Both the position numbers and the translations under genes were made by a program. Of a stretch of DNA of 64,000 nucleotides, positions 1 through 8,817 are shown in pieces. The DNA comes from an uncultured candidate division Zixibacteria bacterium. GTDB lineage: Bacteria > Zixibacteria > MSB-5A5 > GN15 > FEB-12. Position 1 is the stretch's first letter; each line of letters opens with the position of its first letter. The notes under the pieces were generated by a model. The model was not told where the DNA came from, did no database searches, and saw only the letters and a program-made list of their open reading frames with translations. The stretch spans positions 416,019-480,018 of the forward strand of contig CAVTJJ010000003.1 in assembly GCA_963735035.1 (NCBI GenBank). The letters are read 5' to 3'.

Positions 1-199
1 GACCTTCGACATAGGCCATCGCCGCCGAACCGGAAGAATTGCCGTAGTAGTTCACCAGAAGCCAAAGCGATTGCAGGCAGGGAATGGCGCTGAAGGCGGT
101 CGCGGTCCAGCGGATCGCCCACTTGTTCTGCTTGGGAAGAAACATGACAACGATCATCCCGAGCAGAGGTACGAGTATCAACTGAGTGAGTATGCCCAT
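1..199 (-). CDS. nuoM: NADH-quinone oxidoreductase subunit M, N-terminal part (gene runs off the left edge)
   Basis: Own translation of the minus strand from ATG at 199-197 gives MGILTQLILVPLLGMIVVMFLPKQNKWAIRWTATAF..., a hydrophobic antiporter-like N-terminus. GGAGGT RBS (acctcc 210-215 on +) lies about 10 nt upstream. Position is directly after nuoL in a canonically ordered nuo operon. Confidence 0.6.
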   Translation of the reverse strand, partial: MGILTQLILVPLLGMIVVMFLPKQNKWAIRWTATAFSAIPCLQSLWLLVNYYGNSSGSAAMAYVEG

Positions 200-227
200 C
201 TATTCGCTAACCTCCAGGTCATCTATC

Positions 228-2338
228 CTATTCGTCACGCTTGGCCGCATCGACGCCCGCCGCCTGAGTAGCGGGACGCCGGGTCGCAATTCCGAGAAGA
301 ACGGCGCCCAACAAGAACACCAGGACCATCAGACGGCCACCAGGTGCTCGGCCAGAGTCGCGATATGCCCAAAACCACTATCATCGACACAATGAACAGC
401 GCGTAAAATTGTACCGCCCCGGTCTGCAAGTACCGCAGACCCTGGCCGGTCTGGCGGACCACCCAACCGGCGCCGTTGACAGCACCATCGACTACATAGG
501 TGTCGAACGATCTGCTTCATATCCGACGCAAACATCGTGAACCAGGCGACTCCGTTCACGAAGCCGTCGACAATCCAGATGTCGAAATTCCACAGGAAGC
601 GGGTCGAACGCCATGAGCGGGCGGATCAATAATGAAATCATACAGCTCGTCGAACTACCACTTGTTGTAAGACAGATGTGTACAGCGGCTTGAACGTCGC
701 GGCGATCTTATCGGCGGAAATCGACCTTCTATAATAGATCAGCCAGGCGAGCGTCTATGCCGGCCACAGCCGATCAACAGTCGAACCAGCATCAGCGGAT
801 GATTCCGGCTGAACGTGATACGGTTCGCCGTGATAGACAAAAGTCGAGAACCATCCGTGTCAGCCACTGGTATACCCACCCAGCCGGCGCAGACCGAAAG
901 CGCCCCCAGAAACATCAGCGGCCAGGTCATGTTGTTCGGGGACTCGTGGGCGTGTTCGTACCGATGATGGTCGCGCGGCTCGCCGAAGAACGTCAGGAAG
1001 CAGAGCCGCCACATGTAGAACGCCGTCATGAACGCGATCAACAGAGTGAATACCATGAAGACCGGATGACCGCACGGTCGCGGCGACAATTTCATCTTTC
1101 GACCAGAATCCGGCCAGCGGGAAAATACCTGCGATAGAGGCCGATGCGATCAGGAAGGTCCAGCCGGTGCGCGGCATCTTCTTGAGCAAGCCGCCCATTT
1201 CCTGGATGTCGTTGGTGTGGACGGCGTGAATCACCGACCCGGCGCCAAGGAACAGCAGTCCCTTGAAGAAGGCGTGGGTCATCAGATGGAACGTACCGGC
1301 GTAGTATCCGGGCGAATGGTGGCCGTTGGCCGTATCGTAACCATACAGACCGAGCGCCATGATCATATAGCCAAGCTGGCTGACGGTCGAGTAGGCGAGC
1401 ACCCGCTTAATGTCATTTTGTATCAGGGCGATTGAGGCCGCCAGGAACGACGTGATCAAACCAATCGTGGCGACTACCAACGCGGCATCGGCCGAGCCGA
1501 CAAACAGGTCCATCGACCGCGCCACCAGGTAGACACCGGCCGCGACCATGGTGGCCGCATGGATCAACGCCGAGACCGGCGTGGGGCCTTCCATCGCGTC
1601 CGGCAACCAGACGTGCAGCGGGAACTGGGCCGACTTCCCTATCGCGCCGCAGAAGACACCCGACTGCGGCGATGACCAGTATCTCCGGCGGAATGGCGCC
1701 GCCAGAGACCGCTTCGAACACTTCCCGATAGTTGAACGTTCCGACATAGGTGCCGATCAGCAGCAGTCCGACAATGAATCCCAAATCGCCTATGCGGGTT
1801 GTTATGAACGCTTTCTTGCCGGCGTCGGCGGCCGATTTCTTCTCGAACCAGAAACCGATCAACAAATACGAGGTCAGCCCGACCAGTTCCCAGAAGATGA
1901 AGATCATGAAGAAATTGTTGGCCAACACCAGACCGAGCATCGAGAACAAGAAGAGCGACAGATAAGCGTAGAAGCGGCTGAATCGGGCATCGCCGTGCAT
2001 GTAGCCGAGCGAGTAGATCTGCACACAGCTTCCGACCGTGGTCACCACGACCAGCATGATTGCGGTCAGCGGATCGACCAGAATGCCGATTTCGAAATTG
2101 ACTCTTGGCAAACGAGGTCAGCAGCATGACGCCATTCGTACGGGACAACTTCGCCCCCGTGGGCGCCCATGTATTTCGAAATAGTCTCGATCAGAATCCA
2201 GACCGACATCAGCCAGGCTGTGACAATCATGGAGATGGCAAAACCGGAAGCCACTTTCTCCCGCCAACGCAGGAAGAAGACGATCATCAGGAAGGAGAAG
2301 AGCTGCAGCAGGGGTATGAGAAATGCAAATTCAGTCAT
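228..2338 (-). pseudogene. nuoL: NADH-quinone oxidoreductase subunit L, reading frame interrupted many times as given
   Basis: Fragments in three minus frames concatenate into one NuoL: MTEFAFLIPLL.., [138 protein letters not shown]. My reconstruction needs single extra bases near 2131, 2103, 1658, 1069, 768, 749, 676, 627, 602, 505 and about 340-360. It also has an in-frame TAG at 655-657 where Tyr is expected. The 3' end is uncertain (329 or 228). Confidence 0.85.
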
Positions 2339-2344
2339 CGCACT

Positions 2345-2644
2345 CTACCACTTCATGATCGAATAGTTGTCGGTTTCGATGCCGCGCCAGTTGCGGTAGA
2401 CCAGAAGCACAATCGCCAGACCGACGGTTGCTTCGGCGGCCGCCACCACTACTATGAAAATCGCGAACATCTGCCCCACCAGGCTTTCGGTCGCTACGAA
2501 TCGGTTGAACGTGACCAGATTGATATTGGCGGCGTTGAACATCAGTTCGAGCGACATGAGAATGCCGATCGTGTTGCGCCGGGTAATTACGCCGAACAAG
2601 CCGATACCGAAAAGCAGCGCGGCCAGCATCAGATAGTATTGCAT
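2345..2644 (-). CDS. nuoK: NADH-quinone oxidoreductase subunit K
   Basis: 99-aa three-TM protein MQYYLMLAALLFGIGLFGVITRRNTIGILMSLELMFNAANINLV.., typical NuoK sequence and size, located between nuoJ and nuoL. Confidence 0.9.
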   Translation of the reverse strand: MQYYLMLAALLFGIGLFGVITRRNTIGILMSLELMFNAANINLVTFNRFVATESLVGQMFAIFIVVVAAAEATVGLAIVLLVYRNWRGIETDNYSIMKW

Positions 2645-3162
2645 CAGGCCCTTTCCTTTCGGGCCAGGACGATCGCACCGATCATCGCCGCCAGCAATAC
2701 AACCGAAATCACTTCAAACGGGAGCATAAACGAAGTCATGAGCATCTTGCCGATCACCATGACGTTGTTGTCGGGAAGCGCCGCCTGGGCCATCTGCCAG
2801 ACCTGGGCTTTCGTAGTGACTTTGATCAGGAAGAGCACGCCCACCGCGAAAATCACGCAGGCCAGAAGCGCCATCCCCGCCTTCTCGTTGGTCATGACGA
2901 TGCGCTTGGACGCGAGCTGTGAGGTCAGCATGATGGCGAAGACCATCAGAATCGCCACCGCGCCGACATAGATCAAGACCTGCGCGGCGGCCAGGAACTC
3001 AGCCCCAAGCAGGATGAATATCCCGGCGACTCCGGAGAGGCAGATAATCAGAAACATCGCACAGTGGAAGATATTGCGAAGCGATACCACCATGAATCCG
3101 GAGACAAGGACCACAACTGAGAGAATCCAGAAGACAAGGCCCGGCTCGTAGGTCTCAGCCAT
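2644..3162 (-). CDS. nuoJ: NADH-quinone oxidoreductase subunit J
   Basis: 172-aa polytopic membrane protein in the nuoI-J-K position. Its ends overlap the neighbouring genes (coupled translation). Confidence 0.85.
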   Translation of the reverse strand: MAETYEPGLVFWILSVVVLVSGFMVVSLRNIFHCAMFLIICLSGVAGIFILLGAEFLAAAQVLIYVGAVAILMVFAIMLTSQLASKRIVMTNEKAGMALLACVIFAVGVLFLIKVTTKAQVWQMAQAALPDNNVMVIGKMLMTSFMLPFEVISVVLLAAMIGAIVLARKERA

Positions 3163-3716
3163 TGCTTTCCTCCTGTGGCGGCAGGGCTTCTTTAGGCGCC
3201 GGCGCTACGACGGCAGCGGGTGCGGCCGGAGCCGCAGCGGCGGGTGCGGCTTCTTTCGGCGCTTTCTTCTTGCGCGTATCGACATAGTCCACGTCGCGGC
3301 CGACTTCCTGAAGCTTCTTCATATCCCAGATCAACTCACCGCTGGTGAGCGTCGAGAATTCGTACTTGGGCGTCATCTTGATCGCGCAGAAATTGCAGGC
3401 TTCTTCGCACAGACCGCAGAAACAGCAGATGCCGAAATCGATAACGAACGATTTCAATACCCGCTTCTTGTCTTCGCCACGAGGGGCATCGATGCGAATG
3501 GCCGCGGTCGGACAGGCCTGCATGCACAGCAAACATGATGTGCAGTTGAGTTCGCCGGTCTCTTTGTCGGAGAGCAAGACGACAATGCCGCGCGACCGCT
3601 CCGGCATCGTCCATTTCTGCTTCCGGATACTGGATCGTGATGGCGTGCCGGCCGAGATGCTTGCCGGTGATCTGCATCCCTTTAATGAGATTGTATATAT
3701 CTTTCAACACGCCCAT
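3155..3716 (-). pseudogene. nuoI: NADH-quinone oxidoreductase subunit I (2x[4Fe-4S] ferredoxin-type), one +1 frameshift as given
   Basis: N-terminus MGVLKDIYNLIKGMQITGKHLGRHAITIQYPE (ORF 3336..3716) continues in another frame as QKWTMPERSRGIVVLL..CTSCLLCMQACP..CCFCGLCEEACN (ORF 3155..3607). Removing one base at about 3620-3622 joins them. Confidence 0.85.
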
Positions 3717-3726
3717 ATCAGCAATC

Positions 3727-4798
3727 CTACCAGTACCATCCCAGATGTTTCATCAGCGCCGCCAGAATCAGGTTGCCGAAAGTCACCGGCACGAGAAACT
3801 TCCAGGCGAACTCCATCAATTGATCGACGCGCAGTCTCGGATAAGTCCAGCGGAACATCATCAAGAGCAGCACGACACAGAGCGTCTTGCCCAGGAACCA
3901 GACCCATGACGGCAGGAACGGTCCGTTCCAGCCGCCGAAGAAAAGCGTCACCGCAATGGCTGACACCGTGAACATATTGACAAACTCGGCCAGGAAGAAC
4001 ATGGCGAACTTCATCCCGGAGTATTCGACATTGAACCCGGCCACCAGTTCCTGTTCCGCTTCGGGGATGTCAAACGGTGTCCGGTTGGCTTCGGCGGTGG
4101 CGGCTATGATGTAGGTCACGAAGGCGATCGGTCCAAACGGCAGGCGGAAGAAGAACCAGTTGAAGATGGCATGACCTTCCTGCGCCTGGACTATATCGAC
4201 CATGGAGAGCGAACCGGCGAAGATCACGACCGTCAGGATCGACACCACCATTGGCACTTCGTACGATACCACCTGCGCCGCCGAGCGCATGCCGCCCAGC
4301 AGCGCATACTTGTTATTCGAACCCCAACCGGCCATCAGAGAGCGAAATGATCGTGAAGGTCGTCACGGCTATGATGTACAGAATGCCGATATTGAAATCG
4401 GCCACGATCAATCCCTTGCCGAACGGGATACAGATGTAGGCCAGGAAAGCAGCCACGAAACACATCACTGGCGCCCAGAAGAACACGAACTTGTCGCGGG
4501 CGTCGATGTGGACATCTTCTTTCTGAAGCAACTTGATGGCATCGGCAATGGTCTGATACCAGCCGTGCCAGCCGTTGCGCATCGGACCGAATCGCTGCTG
4601 GATGTGACCGGCGATCTTCCGCTCCCACCAGACGAGGAACAGAGCCAAAACCGATAGCACGCCGAACATCATGGCGCCGAGAACCGTGTAGCTGATGATC
4701 GACACCCAGACCGGCGGCAGACCGAGACCTTCGAGCAGACCGGAAGCCCAGCGGAATATATCAATCAATTCCAGAGAAACTATCGTCAGCAGCATCAC
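3727..4798 (-). pseudogene. nuoH: NADH-quinone oxidoreductase subunit H, one +1 frameshift as given
   Basis: ORF 4313..4798 (..WWERKIAGHIQQRFGPMRNGWHGWYQTIADAIKLL..) and ORF 3727..4335 (MAGWGSNNKYALLGGMRSAAQVVSYEVP..) are the two halves of NuoH. The junction ctc tct [g] atg gcc lies at about 4336. Its ATG overlaps the nuoD stop. Confidence 0.9.
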
Positions 4799-5907
4799 CG
4801 GTCAACCTCCGGCAAGATGACATCGAATGTGGCAAATATCGCCACCAGATCAGCGATGAGGTATCCCTTGCCCCGAACGACTTCGGGCAGGAACTGAAGC
4901 TGATTATACGAACCACCACGGGCCTTGAGGCGTAACGGCTTTTCGGAACCGTCGGATACCAGATAGACACCCATTTCACCGCGGGAGTTCTCGATGCGGA
5001 CGTATACTTCGCCCGCCGGCGGCTTGAATTTCGCTCTGACCTTGGAGCGAATCTCCCCTTCCGGGATACCGTCGAGGGCCTGTGAGACTATCTTGAGCGA
5101 CTGCTTGATCTCTTCAATTCGGACCATGAAGCGGTCGTAGTTGTCGCCGTTCTTCGCCACCGCAACTTCGAAGTCAAACTTGGGATAAATCGAGTACGGA
5201 TGGTCGCGGCGAAGGTCGAACTTGACACCTGACGCTCTAAGCACCGGTCCGGAAACACCCCAGGCGATGGCTTTCTGCGGGTCGGCATAGCCGATCCCTT
5301 TCATGCGCGCCAGCCAGATCGGGTTTTCGTTGAGAATGCCTTCGTAGTCGGGCAGCTTACTCGTAATGATCTTGATCGCTTCGCGGCATTTCGGAATAAA
5401 CTGCGGAGGGATGTCGCGCGAAACACCGCCGACTCTTATATAATTGTAGGTCAGCCGCTGTCCGCAGGTCATCTCGAACAGATCCATGATCAGTTCGCGT
5501 TCCCGCAGGCCGTACAGGAACGGCGTCAGCGCGCCTGTGTCCATGGCGGTCGTGCCGAAGAAGATCAGGTGCGAGGCAATCCGGTTAAGCTCGAGCATGA
5601 TTACCCGAAGGTATTCGGCCCGTTCGGGTACTTCGACCTGACCCAGCTTTTCGGCCGCCAATGAGAAGACATAGTTGCACGACATGGCGGTGACATATTC
5701 GAACCGGTCCAGAATCGGGATGCACTGCGCGTAGGTTCGGTTCTCGCAAATCTTTTCGATGGAACGATGGAGATATCCGACATACGGAACGGCATCGACT
5801 ACTTTCTCGCCATCCATGGTGAGCAGCAAACGACAGACGCCGTGGGTCGAGGGGTGATGCGGCCCCATGTTGATCTGGTATTCTTCGGTCCTGAGTTCCG
5901 ACATCAT
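4795..5907 (-). CDS. nuoD: NADH-quinone oxidoreductase subunit D
   Basis: MSELRTEEYQINMGPHHPSTHGVCRLLLTMDGEKV.. through ..DVILPEVDR is the NuoD/NiFe-hydrogenase large-subunit-like fold. Start placed at the ATGA overlap with the nuoC stop (5904-5907), not at the ORF-table upstream Met. Confidence 0.95.
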   Translation of the reverse strand: MMSELRTEEYQINMGPHHPSTHGVCRLLLTMDGEKVVDAVPYVGYLHRSIEKICENRTYAQCIPILDRFEYVTAMSCNYVFSLAAEKLGQVEVPERAEYLRVIMLELNRIASHLIFFGTTAMDTGALTPFLYGLRERELIMDLFEMTCGQRLTYNYIRVGGVSRDIPPQFIPKCREAIKIITSKLPDYEGILNENPIWLARMKGIGYADPQKAIAWGVSGPVLRASGVKFDLRRDHPYSIYPKFDFEVAVAKNGDNYDRFMVRIEEIKQSLKIVSQALDGIPEGEIRSKVRAKFKPPAGEVYVRIENSRGEMGVYLVSDGSEKPLRLKARGGSYNQLQFLPEVVRGKGYLIADLVAIFATFDVILPEVDR

Positions 5908-6377
5908 GACAACTCCGGCATCCTTATGAAGTCGGGCGCGGTCCAGTTCTTGCGCATGGGATTGCCCTGGTTCCAGTCGTCGGGCAATAACAGTATTCTC
6001 AAGTCGGGGTGGTTCTTCGGATTGATCCCGTACAGCTCCCACATCTCGCGCTCGTACCAGTTGGCCGCTGGCCACACAACGGTCATCGTATCCACGGCCG
6101 GGTTCTCGTATCCGAGAATGACTTTGAAATCCATCCGGAGATGCTGGGTGGTCGAGGCAATCGAATAGACAACTTCCAGCCGTTGCGTAGTATCAACCCC
6201 ACACATATTGCAGAGGTAATCGAACTTGAGCTGCGAATCGTCGCGAAGTTTCCTGGCCGTCTCAATCAAGTCATCCGCGCGAACTTCGAACATCGGTTCG
6301 ACCCGTCCGGTGTCCAGAAGGGTCAGTTTGCTGCTGAAATTGGCCTGGATATAAGCCGTCAGTTCCTGTTGCGTCAT
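5904..6377 (-). CDS. nuoC: NADH-quinone oxidoreductase subunit C
   Basis: MTQQELTAYIQANF..YENPAVDTMTVVWPAANWYEREMWELYGI..HPDLRILLLPDDW contains the NuoC signature (ANWxEREhxDhxG). Start is the internal Met just after the nuoB stop. Confidence 0.9.
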   Translation of the reverse strand: MTQQELTAYIQANFSSKLTLLDTGRVEPMFEVRADDLIETARKLRDDSQLKFDYLCNMCGVDTTQRLEVVYSIASTTQHLRMDFKVILGYENPAVDTMTVVWPAANWYEREMWELYGINPKNHPDLRILLLPDDWNQGNPMRKNWTAPDFIRMPELS

Positions 6378-6378
6378 G

Positions 6379-6891
6379 CTACTTCTCTTGCCACTCCGAC
6401 AGCTTCTGCTTCTTGATCTTCTCCTGCAGATGCAGGCACCCTTCCAGGAGCGATTCCGGACGCGGCGGACAGCCGGGTATGTAGATGTCGACCGGGACGA
6501 TATGATCGATTCCCTTTTCGACCGAATAGCAGTCGTAATAGAATGGTCCACCCTTGACCGTACAGCCGCCCATGGCGATGACATAGCGCGGCTCGGCCAT
6601 CTGGTCATACAGCTTGCGCAAGCGCGGGGCCATCTTCTTGGTGATTGTTCCCGCAGCGATGATCAGGTCGGCCTGACGGGGCGAGGCGCGGAAGATCATA
6701 CCGAGACGGTCGAAATCGTAGCGCGACGCGCCGGTGCACATCAGCTCGATCGCACAACAGGCGGTGCCAAAAAGCAGGTACCAGACTGACTTGGCGCGAC
6801 CGAAATTGAGAACCGCCTCCAGGTTGGTTGCCACGATGGCTCCACCGGGGAGACTTTCTGTATAGATAGGGACTTTCTTGATCAGGCCCAT
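6379..6891 (-). CDS. nuoB: NADH-quinone oxidoreductase subunit B
   Basis: ..[40 protein letters not shown].. carries the N2-cluster Cys motifs. Start is the internal Met (MGLIKK) overlapping the nuoA end. Confidence 0.95.
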   Translation of the reverse strand: MGLIKKVPIYTESLPGGAIVATNLEAVLNFGRAKSVWYLLFGTACCAIELMCTGASRYDFDRLGMIFRASPRQADLIIAAGTITKKMAPRLRKLYDQMAEPRYVIAMGGCTVKGGPFYYDCYSVEKGIDHIVPVDIYIPGCPPRPESLLEGCLHLQEKIKKQKLSEWQEK

Positions 6892-7235
6892 TTGAGGACT
6901 CCTCTCTTCCAGGCATAGAAAAGGCCGAAAAACAGAATCAGGATAAATACGACCATCTCTACCAAAGCGAACAAACCAAGTTGACCGAACGCCACAGCCC
7001 ACGGAAAGAGGAACACCACTTCGACGTCAAAGACGACAAAAATGAGAGCAAATATGTAGAATCCGGGGTTGAATTTGATCCAGGAATCGCCGATCGGCTC
7101 TTCGGCGCATTCGTAGGCTACCCCCTTGGCCGGATACGGGTTACGCGGCCGAATCAGGCTGGCGAGAAAGAAGGTAAACAGGACTATTCCTGTTCCAACG
7201 AGAACGAATATTAGAACCGAAAGGTATTCAGACAT
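6882..7235 (-). CDS. nuoA: NADH-quinone oxidoreductase subunit A
   Basis: 117-aa three-TM protein ..[40 protein letters not shown].., the conserved NuoA core and first gene of the operon. Confidence 0.9.
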   Translation of the reverse strand: MSEYLSVLIFVLVGTGIVLFTFFLASLIRPRNPYPAKGVAYECAEEPIGDSWIKFNPGFYIFALIFVVFDVEVVFLFPWAVAFGQLGLFALVEMVVFILILFFGLFYAWKRGVLKWA

Positions 7236-7476
7236 AACTTGTCGCCTTGCGGATCACACGGGAAAAGCCGTCCATGTGACCCTTTTCACAATAAGAGAAT
7301 GGAAGAAAGAGGGAATTCACGACAAGTCAAGAGATATTTCCGAAGCTATGAAATGTCTCCGTAGGCGAGCCCAGCCTCGTCGCATAGTCGATTGCACGAC
7401 AACATAATACGCCGGACAGCCTACCGGGCGTCGATATGCCAGGGCTTTTTGATGAGAAGTGCTTTCGTCCCGCCTG

Positions 7477-8808
7477 TTAGCCCAGTTTGCGGATCTTCAA
7501 ATACAGGCTGACCGCCACAATCGTAATGAACAGGGTCGCCAGCGCCAGTCCCTTCCGGCGGTAGTAATAGTCATCTACCAGTTCTCTGGATTCCGAAAGG
7601 ACTGTGTCGGCTTTGGCCAGGCCGGTATCGGTCTTGGGAATGAACTCGGCCGTACCGAACGTGTGTACCAACGTACGCGATTGAATCAAGGCCTGATCGA
7701 CCTCGCCCAGCATGTACTCCGCATCAGTGGTCAGCATCCCCTTGGCAATCGCGTCGTCGAGAACAGCTTTGGCCTGCTCACGCGACGACACCAACCGACT
7801 GAGACGAGCGGACACCGTATCGGCGACTGCGAACGCCTTTGAGCCATCATCGGCACTGTGGCAAGTAGAGCATATCGCGCTGGAACCGGTGCCGACCAGG
7901 GCGTCGGTAGGCTTCTCTATCCGATGGTTGGAATGGCAAGTCTGGCACATCGGGAAATCATTCTTCTCGAAGGCCATTTTGTGGGGCGACTTGTCGTAAA
8001 GATCCATCTGGAAGGCGTGACAGTTGCCGCAGACCGCCGCCAACGACTTGTGTCCAGGAGGAGCAGCGCCGTGATTGCTATGACAGTCGTTGCAGGCCGG
8101 CGCGCCGAGGTCGTGACGTTCCAGAAGCGCCTGGCCATGGACCGAGTGCTGATAATCGTCAAGCTGTTTCGTAGGTATGTTGTACCCGGCCATGTAGGCC
8201 GAATCGGCGTGGCACTTGCCGCAGGTGGCCGGAACATTCGCCGGATAGGTGCTGGAATGCGGCAGCTTGCCATCGCCGATCTGATGAACCGTATGACAGG
8301 AAATGCAATTGGCAACTTTCTCATCGCGTTGCCCGAACAATCTCTGTCCGTGCACCGAGGTTTTGTACTTGTCTAGCTGGTCAGTCGGAAGCGACGGATT
8401 ATGGCCGCGCATATAGGCGGCGTCGGAGTGGCATCGGGCACAGAACTCCGGGACCTGGAAATGATTCGGAACGCCCCTGAAACCGGCGCTCTTGCGAACG
8501 TCATCCATGTCGCTTAGGGTCGTGTCTCCCCCGTGGCAGTCGGCGCAACTCAGACCTTTTTGGGTGTGGATGTCCTTGACGATCAGATGCGATGGACCGG
8601 TGTCGTCTTCATTGTCGGTATGACAAGTCAGGCAGTTGTCGGCGGCCCAGGTGAAACACGGAAGAACAAACATAGAGGCAATGACAACGAGGCCTAAGAA
8701 TATAAGCCTAAGCGGGCGACCGAATGCGGCAGATGTGGGCATCTGCCGGGCACAATGTGCGAGGGCCGGAGTGGCAAGGCAGTTGCGGGTACTTATCTTC
8801 TTTTCCAT
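7477..8808 (-). CDS. membrane-anchored nonaheme c-type cytochrome
   Basis: Nine CxxCH motifs (CLTCH, CADCH, CARCH, CISCH, CGKCH, CNDCH, CGNCH, CQTCH, CSTCH), an N-terminal signal-like segment and a C-terminal TM helix (LALATLFITIVAVSLYL). GGAGG RBS lies 5-6 nt before the ATG at 8808, directly after cytochrome b. An alternative start is Met23 (8742). Confidence 0.85.
   Translation of the reverse strand: MEKKISTRNCLATPALAHCARQMPTSAAFGRPLRLIFLGLVVIASMFVLPCFTWAADNCLTCHTDNEDDTGPSHLIVKDIHTQKGLSCADCHGGDTTLSDMDDVRKSAGFRGVPNHFQVPEFCARCHSDAAYMRGHNPSLPTDQLDKYKTSVHGQRLFGQRDEKVANCISCHTVHQIGDGKLPHSSTYPANVPATCGKCHADSAYMAGYNIPTKQLDDYQHSVHGQALLERHDLGAPACNDCHSNHGAAPPGHKSLAAVCGNCHAFQMDLYDKSPHKMAFEKNDFPMCQTCHSNHRIEKPTDALVGTGSSAICSTCHSADDGSKAFAVADTVSARLSRLVSSREQAKAVLDDAIAKGMLTTDAEYMLGEVDQALIQSRTLVHTFGTAEFIPKTDTGLAKADTVLSESRELVDDYYYRRKGLALATLFITIVAVSLYLKIRKLG
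8727..8753. repeat. solo palindromic REP-like unit CGGCAGATG-tggg-CATCTGCCG followed by GGCAC
   Basis: 9-bp perfect stem with a 4-nt loop. It is the same unit as the three copies at 11012-11245 and lies inside the 5' coding region of the cytochrome c gene. Confidence 0.8.
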
Positions 8809-8817
8809 GGTCGCCTC

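Noticed and set aside
655-657. In-frame TAG in nuoL as possible stop-codon reassignment or programmed readthrough.
   Set aside because: - TAG is used as an ordinary terminator by several intact genes here (for example cytochrome b and the OmpA-family gene).
- The codon sits amid many frame errors.
- A TAC/TAT to TAG substitution or sequencing error is the simpler explanation.
2105-2971. Long ORFs antisense to well-supported genes: 2105..2971 (+), 43846..44778 (-), 52914..53972 (+), 55151..55693 (+), 56431..57243 (+), 60407..61000 (+), 7858..8376 (+), 63162..63972 (-).
   Set aside because: - Each lies fully inside a gene with clear family motifs on the opposite strand.
- Each has a low-complexity Arg/Gly/His-rich composition typical of shadow ORFs in GC-rich DNA.
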